Of a DNA stretch of 39,851 nucleotides, positions 6,457 through 15,942 are shown one piece after another. A program made the position numbers and the translations under genes. The notes under the pieces were generated by a model. The model did no database searches and had not been told where the DNA came from. It worked only from the letters and a program-made list of their open reading frames with translations. How positions within the stretch are numbered: position 1 is the stretch's first letter; the number at the start of each line of letters is the position of its first letter. Origin of the DNA: a virus (Duplodnaviria; Caudoviricetes); the IMG/VR virus record IMGVR_UViG_3300043184_000018, positions 1 to 39,851 of that record, one strand, 5' to 3'.

Positions 6457-6980
6457 GCGAACCGCAACTTATCCCCATCACGCGCGAGACGATTCTGGAA
6501 AATGTGTGCAACCCAATACCCCGCGCATTTGCCATGCAGTGCATTGAGAGCGGGCTGGACGTGCCGACCGAATGCGCGAAACACCACCCGGGTTATCTTT
6601 CATGGCTGATTGGGGAAGGATTCAATTGCGAATCTGCGCGTACGCCGTTTCTGACATGGGACAGCGAGGGGCATATGACCTACACGGTGGGTGACTATGC
6701 GCTCATAACATCGGGCTATAAAACGCAAATCACGGCGGGCGACTGCTCGACTATTGCTGGATGCGGGGATTCGGCCCTTGCTTGCGGCGATTATTCGACC
6801 GTTATTGCGGGAGAAAGATCGACTGTCACCGCCGGGGAGGGTAGCTCGATCATTGTAAGGTGGTTTAACGAATCTGGGCGGTACAGATTCACCGCCCACT
6901 ACGTCGACGAAAACGGCATCAAGCCTAACACGCCGTACCGGTGCAACGAGGATGGCAGTCTTACCGAGGTGAAGCCATGA
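6453..6980 (+). CDS. 8-aa repeat protein, paralog of 1479-2075
   Basis: 175 aa; identical LDVPTECAKHHPGYLSWLI and ESGRYRFTAHYVDENGIKPNTPYRCNEDGSL blocks. Confidence 0.85.
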   Translation: MSEPQLIPITRETILENVCNPIPRAFAMQCIESGLDVPTECAKHHPGYLSWLIGEGFNCESARTPFLTWDSEGHMTYTVGDYALITSGYKTQITAGDCSTIAGCGDSALACGDYSTVIAGERSTVTAGEGSSIIVRWFNESGRYRFTAHYVDENGIKPNTPYRCNEDGSLTEVKP

Positions 6981-7366
6981 CGATACCGAGCATCTTCGAA
7001 GGGCTTAGCGAGGAGGACATTGAAGCGATCCGAAGCAGGCAAACAAACTTGATAAAGGATTTTTGGTTAACGGAACATGAGACTAGTGTCAAAGGCAGAA
7101 CGTTAATCAACAAGCCGCTTTTTGGTGGCAACATCAATTGTTACGTATGTGCTGGACGAAGCTCTTCGCTATGGAGATTCAGCCCGATTGCCAACCACTG
7201 GGTTTTGGCGACGTGGAGATTCATGTTAGACGATCAACCAGGCCCGGCCATTTCGGACGCCTCCGATCACTCAGCCACCGCTACAAAACTCGCCGCCCAA
7301 ATGGCATACGAGGTCTGCAAGATGCTAGGCCTACCAACGACCGGACTGCCGGAGGCGGAGAAGTGA
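6977..7366 (+). CDS. hypothetical protein
   Basis: GAGGTG SD, ATGA overlap. Confidence 0.7.
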   Translation: MTIPSIFEGLSEEDIEAIRSRQTNLIKDFWLTEHETSVKGRTLINKPLFGGNINCYVCAGRSSSLWRFSPIANHWVLATWRFMLDDQPGPAISDASDHSATATKLAAQMAYEVCKMLGLPTTGLPEAEK

Positions 7367-7782
7367 AACCCGACATTGCAACATGCATCATTCGGGAACT
7401 GGAGCGCGATAGCTTTGACCCCATCCTACTGCCTTTAACCGACAATGTTCGCGAGAAGGCAGAAAGCGGTGAAGACTTCACTGCCTTATGTTTATACAGG
7501 CTAAAAGACTCGGAACTCGAAATCTTTTGCGAAAGGGGGCGTTACTGCGGATTAGTATGCGCCCATTGCAAAGTCTCGCTCAGCAATGCGTACGCGGCTA
7601 GTTCATATAGAATAGCTCGTGGAGACACCAAATGGCGGTTCATTTCGTGCTACGAGCCGTGGGCAAAGTTGCCTGAGCAAAAATCAAAGGCTGACCGAGA
7701 CGCTTGTCGCGAGTTAGCCCGGCAGGTTATCCGCGAAATGAAAGCGATTATTGAACTCCCCGAGGCGCAGTTATGGAAATGA
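7363..7782 (+). CDS. hypothetical Cys-rich protein
   Basis: GTGA overlap, GGAGG SD; CGLVCAHC. Confidence 0.65.
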   Translation: MKPDIATCIIRELERDSFDPILLPLTDNVREKAESGEDFTALCLYRLKDSELEIFCERGRYCGLVCAHCKVSLSNAYAASSYRIARGDTKWRFISCYEPWAKLPEQKSKADRDACRELARQVIREMKAIIELPEAQLWK

Positions 7783-8279
7783 AACTCCGAATTACTAACC
7801 TACGCGAATGGCTTCCGTCCCGCGCTCGCCAACACCCCGTCACGACGATCGTCGCCCACGCGACGGCGGGCGCATCGGCTACCTCGTCTATCGCGTGGCT
7901 CTACCGCCTAGCCCGCGACCTGATCCGAGGCAACGAGGCCAGCTACCACTACATCATCGAGCGGGACGGGTCCGTCACGAAATGCGTACCAATCACGCGC
8001 GTGGCGTTCCACGCTGGACGAAGCGTAGGGCCGAACGGCCCGAATGTCAACAACTACTCAATCGGCATCGCGTTCGCCAACCGCAACGACGGCGTCGAGC
8101 GCGTCACACCAGCTCAAGAATCTGCCTTCTATGCGCTAGTCGCCGAACTTGCGGTCGCATTTCCCGACCTCAAGTTTGTGACGACGCACTACGCGATCTC
8201 CCCGCGCCGCAAGACCGACCCCGTCAAATGGATGCCGGACGCGCGGAGGTTGCCCGATAGGGTGAGGGTGTGGCTGTGA
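7779..8279 (+). CDS. N-acetylmuramoyl-L-alanine amidase (Amidase_2/AmpD/T7 lysozyme family)
   Basis: IVAHAT, ASYHYIIERDG, AFHAG, NNYSIGI, THYAISPRRKTDP Zn-ligand pattern. Confidence 0.92.
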   Translation: MKLRITNLREWLPSRARQHPVTTIVAHATAGASATSSIAWLYRLARDLIRGNEASYHYIIERDGSVTKCVPITRVAFHAGRSVGPNGPNVNNYSIGIAFANRNDGVERVTPAQESAFYALVAELAVAFPDLKFVTTHYAISPRRKTDPVKWMPDARRLPDRVRVWL

Positions 8280-9259
8280 ACCCAGACGATTTCGCACGTG
8301 CACCATTTCCCTACTTCGGCGGCAAGAGCCGCGCCGCCGAGATGATTTGGCAACGCCTCGGCGCGGACATTGGCAACTATGTAGAACCGTTCTGCGGGTC
8401 CTGTGCGGTGGCACTAGCGCGGCCCGCTTCATTCAAGGGTTGGATCACACTCAACGACCTCGACGGGTTTGTTGTGAACTTTTGGCGGTCAATGATTCAT
8501 GACCCGGTCACGGTTGCTCAACACGCGGCGAACCCGGTTATCGAGGCTGACCTGCACGCAAGGCACCTTCACTTAGTGAATATGCGTGACCGGTTGACTG
8601 AGCGGCTGATGGCCGACCCTGATTATTACGATGCGAAGGCTGCCGCATGGTGGGCGTGGGGCGCGTGTTGCAATATAGCGGGCGGATGGTGTAGCGGCGA
8701 CGGTCCTTGGGTTGCTGGTCTAGACGATGAAGGTTTTTTAACGTTGACTTTGCGTGAAAAGGGTAGTGGACGGCAGGGCGTCAACCGGCAACTGCCGCAT
8801 CTAGGTGGCGGACAGGGCGTCAACCGGCAACTGCCGCATCTAGGTGGCGGGCGGGTAGATTGGCTATCGGAATGGTTTCGTGAGCTTTCGCGGCTACTTG
8901 TAAACGCCCACGTGACGAACGGAAGTTGGGCACGCGTCATGTCCGTAGGAACGCTTACGAGAAACGGCGTTGCGGGCATATTGCTCGACCCGCCATACAG
9001 CCTGACAAATGAGGTTTACGCGTGTGATGGCAACCAAATTTCAGCGCAAGTCCGCGAGTGGTGCAAAGCGAACGGCGCAAACCCCGCGCTCCGGATAGCC
9101 CTATGCGGGCACAGCGGCGAAGGGCACGAAGAACTCGAATCCGCCGGTTGGCTGGTGAGCACGTGGCACAAGGGCGGCGGCTATCAAGGCGCAGACGACC
9201 GTGAACGTATCTGGTTCAGCCCACATTGCAATTCTGAACTGGGCGGGCTTTTTGAGTAA
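8270..9259 (+). CDS. DNA adenine methyltransferase (D12/Dam-like)
   Basis: FPYFGGKS, YVEPFCGS, LNDLD and DPPY motifs. Confidence 0.92.
   Translation: MAVNPDDFARAPFPYFGGKSRAAEMIWQRLGADIGNYVEPFCGSCAVALARPASFKGWITLNDLDGFVVNFWRSMIHDPVTVAQHAANPVIEADLHARHLHLVNMRDRLTERLMADPDYYDAKAAAWWAWGACCNIAGGWCSGDGPWVAGLDDEGFLTLTLREKGSGRQGVNRQLPHLGGGQGVNRQLPHLGGGRVDWLSEWFRELSRLLVNAHVTNGSWARVMSVGTLTRNGVAGILLDPPYSLTNEVYACDGNQISAQVREWCKANGANPALRIALCGHSGEGHEELESAGWLVSTWHKGGGYQGADDRERIWFSPHCNSELGGLFE
8774..8851 (+). repeat. 39-bp in-frame tandem duplication in the methyltransferase
   Basis: QGVNRQLPHLGGG x2, 38/39 nt identical. Confidence 0.95.
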
Positions 9260-9294
9260 CATTTTCCGAAAACAATATGGTAAGGTAGCTTGCG

Positions 9295-9534
9295 GTGACA
9301 CCCCAGAATAAACACAACGAAACCGATGACCTAATGCTTCCGTTTGAATCTGTGGCCAAGCTTTATGCGCTCCAGCGACAGGTGGACGAAAAGCAAAGGT
9401 TACTCGACGAGATGATTCGCGCACATCAACAGGCCCGGGACGAATTTCGCAAGGTAAACCATGTCACGGCTATTGTGGTTATCGCAATTTGCGTGGCACT
9501 TGCGCTTGCTGGCTTTGCCGCGGGGGCCCTGTGA
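9295..9534 (+). CDS. coiled-coil protein with C-terminal TM helix
   Basis: 79 aa; TAIVVIAICVALALAGFAAGAL. Confidence 0.65.
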   Translation: MTPQNKHNETDDLMLPFESVAKLYALQRQVDEKQRLLDEMIRAHQQARDEFRKVNHVTAIVVIAICVALALAGFAAGAL

Positions 9535-9740
9535 TTCGCGAGCTTTCAGTCGGGGACGTGATTGTTTCCCCGTTCGGGGAGCCGTACAACATCACTCACA
9601 TTTGGGATGGTGATACATGGCGAAACCGAATTTACACAACCGATAAGGGTCGCAGGTTCTTGTTGGGGGAGCTTTGCGCTCTCATTAACTTGCACGGGTG
9701 GGGCTACCGCCTTAAAGGGGAGCCAGTAGAACAACGATGA
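9531..9740 (+). CDS. hypothetical protein
   Basis: GTGA and ATGA overlaps at the two ends. Confidence 0.6.
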   Translation: MIRELSVGDVIVSPFGEPYNITHIWDGDTWRNRIYTTDKGRRFLLGELCALINLHGWGYRLKGEPVEQR

Positions 9741-10150
9741 ACACACTACAGCAACGATTCGCAGACATCGCCGCCTCCATCGAGGCGCGTCAGGCCGCTC
9801 TGACCCCAGAGGCTGCCACTCTTGACATGTACCTCGCGGCGAAAGTTGACCTGAAATCCGCGGAGTCCCGGGTGAGGGAACTTCGCGACGAGATTATTGC
9901 CCTAGTGGAAGGCGGGGCGAACATTGTGCTCGATGAGTGCTACCCTCACGTTGCGGTCACAGCTAAGGATGCCGTTGATGAAGCGATGGCGATGGCCATC
10001 CTCGGCGACGACTGCCCTCTTACGGCGGTGGTTGACACGAAGAAGGTGCTTGGCATGGTGAAGGCGGGCAAGATTTCCGGGGAAGACGCGCAGAAAATTA
10101 TCAAGCGCACCGAGGTGAAGACACTCAGCATCCGGAAGGTGAAGGCATGA
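9737..10150 (+). CDS. hypothetical coiled-coil protein
   Basis: 137 aa, translationally coupled on both sides. Confidence 0.75.
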   Translation: MNTLQQRFADIAASIEARQAALTPEAATLDMYLAAKVDLKSAESRVRELRDEIIALVEGGANIVLDECYPHVAVTAKDAVDEAMAMAILGDDCPLTAVVDTKKVLGMVKAGKISGEDAQKIIKRTEVKTLSIRKVKA

Positions 10151-10677
10151 TCACCCCTAAGGATGTGCCTGCGTTTCGGTCGAACACCGGCTGGAGGGAC
10201 GCGTACTGCGCAGGGCTCTTTGACCTCGTGGAGATGGTCGCGGAGTCGCTCGGCGAAAATGAAACCCGCGCGACGACCCTGGACTGCATTGCGGGTTGCG
10301 TGTTGAGGCTTTCCGCTAACCTTGACGACGTGTACGCTATCGTGTCGCAAAGCCGAGAAAAGGGTCTGGCCGCGATGCGGAGCCACCTTGAGTCGGACGA
10401 TCTGACCTACTCAGAGATCGCGGAGCGGTTTGGCTTGAGGCTGTCTACAGTAAGTTACTACGCGCGGCAATGGGGGCTGTCGCGTAGCGTCAGAGCGCGG
10501 TCTAAGAGGGCAGAGCAAGAGGCCAAGGTGCTCGAGATGGCGAAGCAACCCTACGTTCGTGCATCAGATATTGTGCGGGCAACGGGAGTTTCGCGCTTTC
10601 ACGTGGACAAAATCTTGAAGGAGGCGGGGGTTACGCTCACCGGTTCCCGAAAGATGGATACTGAAACAGAGGGGTAG
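10147..10677 (+). CDS. DNA-binding protein with two HTH-like segments
   Basis: LTYSEIAERFGLRLSTVSYY and ASDIVRATGVSRFHVDKIL. Confidence 0.8.
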   Translation: MITPKDVPAFRSNTGWRDAYCAGLFDLVEMVAESLGENETRATTLDCIAGCVLRLSANLDDVYAIVSQSREKGLAAMRSHLESDDLTYSEIAERFGLRLSTVSYYARQWGLSRSVRARSKRAEQEAKVLEMAKQPYVRASDIVRATGVSRFHVDKILKEAGVTLTGSRKMDTETEG

Positions 10678-10681
10678 TTCT

Positions 10682-10870
10682 ATGCCAGACATCGCCATGT
10701 GCGTAAACAAAGATTGTCCATTTCGCCACAAGTGTTACCGTTTCATGGCGGTACCCGACACGCATCAATCCTACATGGTCATCTTCCCGAACACTGATGG
10801 CACGTGCGACCAGTTTCTCCCGCTTAACAGCGATGGTCGCGCTTTCAAGGGGGAAGAAGATGGCCGGTAA
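10682..10870 (+). CDS. small Cys-rich phage protein
   Basis: MPDIAMC-x4-CP-x4-CYRF...C; GAGGGG SD. Confidence 0.75.
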   Translation: MPDIAMCVNKDCPFRHKCYRFMAVPDTHQSYMVIFPNTDGTCDQFLPLNSDGRAFKGEEDGR

Positions 10871-11912
10871 GCCGTGGCTCATCGAGGAGGATGAATACCT
10901 GCGCGAGCATTACCCCAAGGGTACAGACCTAGTAACTCTTGCGGAGGTGCTTGGCCGGACCGTTGCGTCCGTGCGCAACCGGGCACGTGAGTTAGAACTG
11001 CGATGGGCATCGGGCCGCACGTTCAGTATCGCGCAAGCCATGTCGCCCCCCCGCTCTATACCCAGCCTTCTAGAGCAGCAATTCGAACGGTACCGGCACA
11101 AGCAGGAAAACGCGAAACAGAAGCAGTCCGGGATAGACATCATGATTCACGAACCGGGGCCGTTCGGGCTACTCTGCTTTGGCGACCCGCACGTGGGGGA
11201 CGACGGTTGTGATATGGAACAGCTGATCGCCGACATGGATTTCGCTCGGGCTACCGAGCACGTGTACGCGATCAACATGGGTGATCTATCGAACAACTGG
11301 GTCGGGCCGCTCAAGCGTCTATGGGCGCACCAAGGCACGACCGAGGAGGAGGAGGAGGCACTCGTCGCATGGTTGATCGAGTACCTTCCGTGGGTGGTCG
11401 TGATTCTTGGGAACCATGACAAGTGGTCACCGATGGCCGCCCGTATTTGCCGGGACCGTAACGTATTCACCGTCTCCCACGGCGGACGGCTAGTCTTCCG
11501 GACGCCGGGCGGTAGACCGCTTTACATGGACGCGAGGCACGACCATCGCGGGTTCTCGATGTACAACCCCGCACACGCCCAGATACGGAAGAAGTTCCGT
11601 GGTAACCCGTGCGACGTAATCATCGGGGCGCACACCCATGAGAGTGGCTACACCAAGCTTTACAACGACAACAGTAAGACGCTTGGACATTGTGTACAGG
11701 TGGCGTCCTACAAGGACGCAGACGAGTACGCAGACGCCAAAGACCTATCAAACTCAAAGATTAGCCCGAGTGTACTGATTGTGGTGGACCCCCAGTGTGA
11801 TGGGATCGGGTTCGTCCACGTGTTCGAAGACCTTTCTTACGGTGCCCTGTTCTTGCAAGCCTTGCGTGATAGATATGAACACACCCACCCCTCTTCCGAT
11901 ACTCCCTCGTAG
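10860..11912 (+). CDS. calcineurin-like metallophosphoesterase with N-terminal HTH/Myb-like domain
   Basis: GDPH, GD, GNHD, H and AHTH motifs; N-terminal W.xEEDEYL...LAEVLGRTVASVRNRA. Confidence 0.88.
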   Translation: MAGKPWLIEEDEYLREHYPKGTDLVTLAEVLGRTVASVRNRARELELRWASGRTFSIAQAMSPPRSIPSLLEQQFERYRHKQENAKQKQSGIDIMIHEPGPFGLLCFGDPHVGDDGCDMEQLIADMDFARATEHVYAINMGDLSNNWVGPLKRLWAHQGTTEEEEEALVAWLIEYLPWVVVILGNHDKWSPMAARICRDRNVFTVSHGGRLVFRTPGGRPLYMDARHDHRGFSMYNPAHAQIRKKFRGNPCDVIIGAHTHESGYTKLYNDNSKTLGHCVQVASYKDADEYADAKDLSNSKISPSVLIVVDPQCDGIGFVHVFEDLSYGALFLQALRDRYEHTHPSSDTPS

Positions 11913-11930
11913 CGTGATTCTCCGACAATA

Positions 11931-13307
11931 ATGGAGTTTGATTCTTCACACCCGCTTCACAACGTTGAGGCGGAGATGGCCGTGCTGGGCTCTATGCTCC
12001 TGTCTGCACGCGCCACGGATACCTGCGTGTCCATGCTTGCGGTAGATGACTTCTATCGCCCCGCACACCAGACGCTTTTCGGGGTCATGCGCGGGCTCTG
12101 CGTTCGCGGCGTAGAGATTGACTACCTCACGTTGAAGGACACGCTGGTGCAGAGCGATGCGCTTGACAACGTGGGCGGCGAGGCGTATCTAGTCCACGTG
12201 GCGGAGTTTGTTCCGTCGCCCGCTAACGCGGAGTACTACGCGGATATTGTGCTTGGCTTGTCGCGCATCCGGCGCATGAGGAAGGCCATGCAGTCGGCGT
12301 TGAACCTGCTCGTTGACCCTGAGGCTGGCACCCCGGAAGAGCGTATCGAGAAGGCGGAAGGTGCAATTTTCGATGTCGGGAAAGGCTCTGCTCAGTCCTA
12401 CTTCCAAGGCGTCTCGGAGCTTGCCGACGAATACCTTTCGGTGGTGTCCAAGGTGCATGGTACAGGCCGCCCGCTCAAGGGCCTCACGGTGGGCTTTGAC
12501 GCGCTGGATGATGTGACCACGGGGTTCGGGCCGGGTGATTTCGTGGTGATCGGGGCGCGGCCCGGCATAGGAAAGACCGCGCTCGTGCTCGATTTCGCGC
12601 TAAATGTAGCGAGGCAAATTGCGATGCAGGAAACGCGGGGCTCGGTGGCGTTCTTCTCCCTTGAAATGTCTTCGGCCCAATTGATGTCGCGGATGGCATC
12701 CATGATGGCGGGCATCTCCTCAAAACGCCTCAAGCAAGACTGGCGATTAAGCGACGAGGAATACGTTGCCCTGTCTGACTCCGCGAGCATGATTAGCGAC
12801 CTCCCCATCTACATTGATGACCGCACCGATCTTACGTCTACAGACATGCGGGCCAAATGCAGGCGGCTTAAGCAGGACAAAGGTCTTTCCCTTATCATTC
12901 TGGACTACCTGCAACTCATGAAGGGCACACGTAAGTTTGAGAACCGCGTAAACGAAGTGGCGGAGTTCGCGCGGTCGTGCAAACGCCTCGCCAAAGAGCT
13001 AGGTGTTCCCCTGATCGCGCTTGCTCAGCTATCGCGGCAAGTCGAGAACCGCGCCGGGCCCAAGAAGCCACAACTCTCCGACCTTCGGGACTCTGGTTCC
13101 ATAGAGGCGGATGCCGACATCGTGCTCCTACTTAACCGAAAGGAAGGCCAGGCGGATGCCGATGAACTGAAGCGCAACCCAAACCACGTACAGGAAGTAG
13201 AAGTCGATGTCGCGAAGAACCGGCATGGTGAAACTAGGACCATCCGGCTTGGGTTCCAACCGTCATACACGCGCTACCGGAACGTTGATCAAGACGCGTG
13301 GAGCTAA
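11931..13307 (+). CDS. dnaB: replicative DNA helicase DnaB
   Basis: EAEMAVLG, GARPGIGKT, FFSLEM, LDYLQL, LAQLSR, DLRDSGSIEADAD, KNRHG. Confidence 0.97.
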   Translation: MEFDSSHPLHNVEAEMAVLGSMLLSARATDTCVSMLAVDDFYRPAHQTLFGVMRGLCVRGVEIDYLTLKDTLVQSDALDNVGGEAYLVHVAEFVPSPANAEYYADIVLGLSRIRRMRKAMQSALNLLVDPEAGTPEERIEKAEGAIFDVGKGSAQSYFQGVSELADEYLSVVSKVHGTGRPLKGLTVGFDALDDVTTGFGPGDFVVIGARPGIGKTALVLDFALNVARQIAMQETRGSVAFFSLEMSSAQLMSRMASMMAGISSKRLKQDWRLSDEEYVALSDSASMISDLPIYIDDRTDLTSTDMRAKCRRLKQDKGLSLIILDYLQLMKGTRKFENRVNEVAEFARSCKRLAKELGVPLIALAQLSRQVENRAGPKKPQLSDLRDSGSIEADADIVLLLNRKEGQADADELKRNPNHVQEVEVDVAKNRHGETRTIRLGFQPSYTRYRNVDQDAWS

Positions 13308-13308
13308 C

Positions 13309-13338
13309 AAAAAAAGCCCGCCCCGCAAGGAGGCGAGC
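13309..13338 (-). terminator. intrinsic terminator of the late (- strand) operon
   Basis: Minus-strand GCUCGCCUCC-UUGC-GGGGCGGGC followed by U7, where the two arms converge. Confidence 0.8.
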
Positions 13339-13362
13339 CAAGAACAACGTACCCACATATAA

Positions 13363-15357
13363 TTACGCGGGGCTAGCCACGAAAGTTTCACTGCCCGAGC
13401 CAATAAGCGTCCTTTGGGTCGAAAGTACCGGGTTATTGATGTAGATCGTCCCGCTGTCCTGAACGGCGTAGCGCGATGCAGTGTTGATGTTGCCGCCGTT
13501 TGGGTCGCGGTAGTTCGCATCGTAGACCCATATGCGCGACGCGTCGGCGACCGTTACGATGGTGCCACCACCCGCCACGGAGATCCCTACCGCAGTCTGC
13601 ACGGTCGTACCGGTCGACCGGTAGAAGTACCCGCCAAACACGACCCGGTAGGAAAGGACGCCGCGTTCGTTGACGTCTTGGATGGCCGGGCCTTGCGTAT
13701 CTGAAATCTCGCACTCTACCGTGATGCCCCGCGCCCCCGAGTGGCCGGTCGTCCCTTGGTTGATATTGTTGGTCAGCCCCGCACCGCAACCGTAAACCAT
13801 CACGTTGTCTTCCCAGAAATGGCGAAGCGCACGGTAGTCGATGCCGTCGGTGGGTGCACCCGCAAGTACGCAGTTTTGCAGGAACGTTGTGCCCCATCCC
13901 TCAAATTGCACACCGTTAGAGCCCGATCCGCAACCGAGCGCAAATCCGCAATTAAAGAACCCCTGCACCATTTCGGGGGTCTTGCGCACCGCTACACCGG
14001 AATTCGCCGTACCGTTCCCCGCAGACGCGAGTGTGATGGTGTAGGTGTTTGACGTGACGCCACCAATAACGAAGTCGCCATTAAGCGAAGGAACGCCTTG
14101 GATACCCGTGTGGGTGACCGTATTGCCGTTGGCCCAGCCGTGCGCCGCGCCAGTGGTGATCGTGTAGGTCCCTGAACCGCCATCTACCGATGACGAGATG
14201 AGGTGGCCGCAAATGGACGAGAAGATGATCGAACCGCCGATGAACACCACATCGCGCCAAAGCGTTCGGAATGCGGGGTTGTTGTGGATGTGCCGCGCCG
14301 AGTTCGCTGAAACAAACGTGTACGCGCCGCGCGGGGCCACTGTGGTGCTCCCATTGTTGTAGTAGAGAACATCGTTCACACGGGCGCAACGCTGGGCAAC
14401 CACGGCGTCCATCAACGCAACCGTTCCACCACTCGTGTAAGAGCCTGCGAACGTAGAACCGTTCAGCGTAAACGTGGTCGTGTTCACCACTGTGACGATC
14501 CAGGCCCCGTTCGCCGCCGTAACCCCGCCCACGGAGAAGATGACCACCCGCGCGCCTGTCGTCAAACCGTGCGCCGCCGACGTAGTGATGAGAATCGCCC
14601 CCCCGCTATTCGTAGCGTTCGTGATGGTCAGGGTAGAGGGGGTGACAACTTGGTTGATGTTCGGCAACCCAAACGTGTTTAGGACATCGAAATCGACTAC
14701 CGCCGCCGGACTGATTGTCGAGATGCCAGCGGTATTGTTCGTCCACATCCCCAGCGTGGTGTTGAGCGTCCACGTGATGTCGTCCGTCGTGTTCAGAAAG
14801 TTGGTAATGACCGCCGACTGGCCGGGCGTCCATGACTGAACAATCTTGTTCGCCCCCGCATCTAGCCCGCCGAGCCCACGCGCCTGAGTGAACGCTACCC
14901 CTGACTTAATCGCGAGCCTCACCGTCTCCCAGTCACGGTTTCGGAGTGCCGCTACCACGTCATAACCGCAAGGCGGAAGATAAATGCATTGGTCGGTCGC
15001 AAGGTTGTACTGCGTTCCAAGTGTTAGCTTCGGGCCACTCGACCCACTGTACGGGGTAGCACCCGAGTTCCCGTCCGCCCCTAGCATGGAGACAAACACG
15101 CGGCCATAAGAGCCGTAACCGACCGGTAGCAAACTGCCCCACGAAACATCCGTGCGGTACCTGCCCGTCACCCCCCGAAACACCTTGTACGCCGCATACG
15201 CCGTGGGTGGCGACGGGAAGAACGTCGAATAATCGGGAATGGTAGAGAGCAGCACCTCTGATTCCGTGACCACTTGCCATCCACGCTGGACAAGCGTCTG
15301 TGCCGCAACCACGCCCGCCGCGAAACGGCTCGCGCCCTTCCCGTCAAGAATTGGCAT
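13363..15357 (-). CDS. tail fibre/tailspike-like receptor-binding protein
   Basis: 664 aa G/T/N-rich; two TxxxAHGxxxG...NG beta modules; C-terminal beta-helix-like repeats; last gene of the late operon. Confidence 0.7.
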   Translation of the reverse strand: MPILDGKGASRFAAGVVAAQTLVQRGWQVVTESEVLLSTIPDYSTFFPSPPTAYAAYKVFRGVTGRYRTDVSWGSLLPVGYGSYGRVFVSMLGADGNSGATPYSGSSGPKLTLGTQYNLATDQCIYLPPCGYDVVAALRNRDWETVRLAIKSGVAFTQARGLGGLDAGANKIVQSWTPGQSAVITNFLNTTDDITWTLNTTLGMWTNNTAGISTISPAAVVDFDVLNTFGLPNINQVVTPSTLTITNATNSGGAILITTSAAHGLTTGARVVIFSVGGVTAANGAWIVTVVNTTTFTLNGSTFAGSYTSGGTVALMDAVVAQRCARVNDVLYYNNGSTTVAPRGAYTFVSANSARHIHNNPAFRTLWRDVVFIGGSIIFSSICGHLISSSVDGGSGTYTITTGAAHGWANGNTVTHTGIQGVPSLNGDFVIGGVTSNTYTITLASAGNGTANSGVAVRKTPEMVQGFFNCGFALGCGSGSNGVQFEGWGTTFLQNCVLAGAPTDGIDYRALRHFWEDNVMVYGCGAGLTNNINQGTTGHSGARGITVECEISDTQGPAIQDVNERGVLSYRVVFGGYFYRSTGTTVQTAVGISVAGGGTIVTVADASRIWVYDANYRDPNGGNINTASRYAVQDSGTIYINNPVLSTQRTLIGSGSETFVASPA

Positions 15358-15659
15358 TACCCAAGCACCGCCGCCGAAAGCGTGGTCGGCGAAGCGCAGA
15401 ACGCATAAATCGCCGTGGTCGTGGTGTTTACCGGAATGAAGAGCGTGTCGGCGGGCTGGCAGATAAACTCGAAGAGCGACGCCGAGACCGTGGGCGCAGT
15501 GCCCGCGCGGTTCGCCAACCGGAAGTACACCGGATTCGTCGTCGATGGGTTACCAAAGGACACCAAGGACCCGCCCGCATTTACCGGCACCAGCGCACTG
15601 GCCCCCGCAGTAAACGTCAAGCCTTGGAGTAGGGTGAGACCGTGTTCTACCGTGACCAT
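15357..15659 (-). CDS. small beta-rich putative virion protein
   Basis: 100 aa, TAATG-coupled to the fibre gene. Confidence 0.7.
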   Translation of the reverse strand: MVTVEHGLTLLQGLTFTAGASALVPVNAGGSLVSFGNPSTTNPVYFRLANRAGTAPTVSASLFEFICQPADTLFIPVNTTTTAIYAFCASPTTLSAAVLG

Positions 15660-15681
15660 GCCGCGTTAAGTATACGACAGG

Positions 15682-15942
15682 TCAACAGTTCCACTTCTTA
15701 AGAGCCTTACAGATGCGTTTCTTTGGTTCCTTCGCGCAGTCGATCCCGTGCGCCCTCTTCTGGCCGCCCATCCGCGAGCAAAAGGATTTGCGACGCGACG
15801 CATCCTTCTTTGTCTTGGGGTTCGGAGCGGGCGGTTTAAGGTTCCCGCCCGTGGCCGAATTGTACGCATTTCGCCCGGCAGAATTCAGACCGCCCGAAGG
15901 GTCTTTATGCTTTGCCTTGAGCGTGAACTTCTTCTTGCTCAC
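15682..15942 (-). CDS. basic conserved phage protein (DUF6321-like)
   Basis: KDPSGGLN..GR...NLKPP...RRKSFCSRMGG...ALKKWNC. Confidence 0.8.
   Translation of the reverse strand: MSKKKFTLKAKHKDPSGGLNSAGRNAYNSATGGNLKPPAPNPKTKKDASRRKSFCSRMGGQKRAHGIDCAKEPKKRICKALKKWNC

Noticed and set aside
597-6980. Diversity-generating retroelement (TR/VR pair) explaining the duplicated genes
   Set aside because: No reverse transcriptase in the window; differences between copies are not adenine-specific and both copies are coding.
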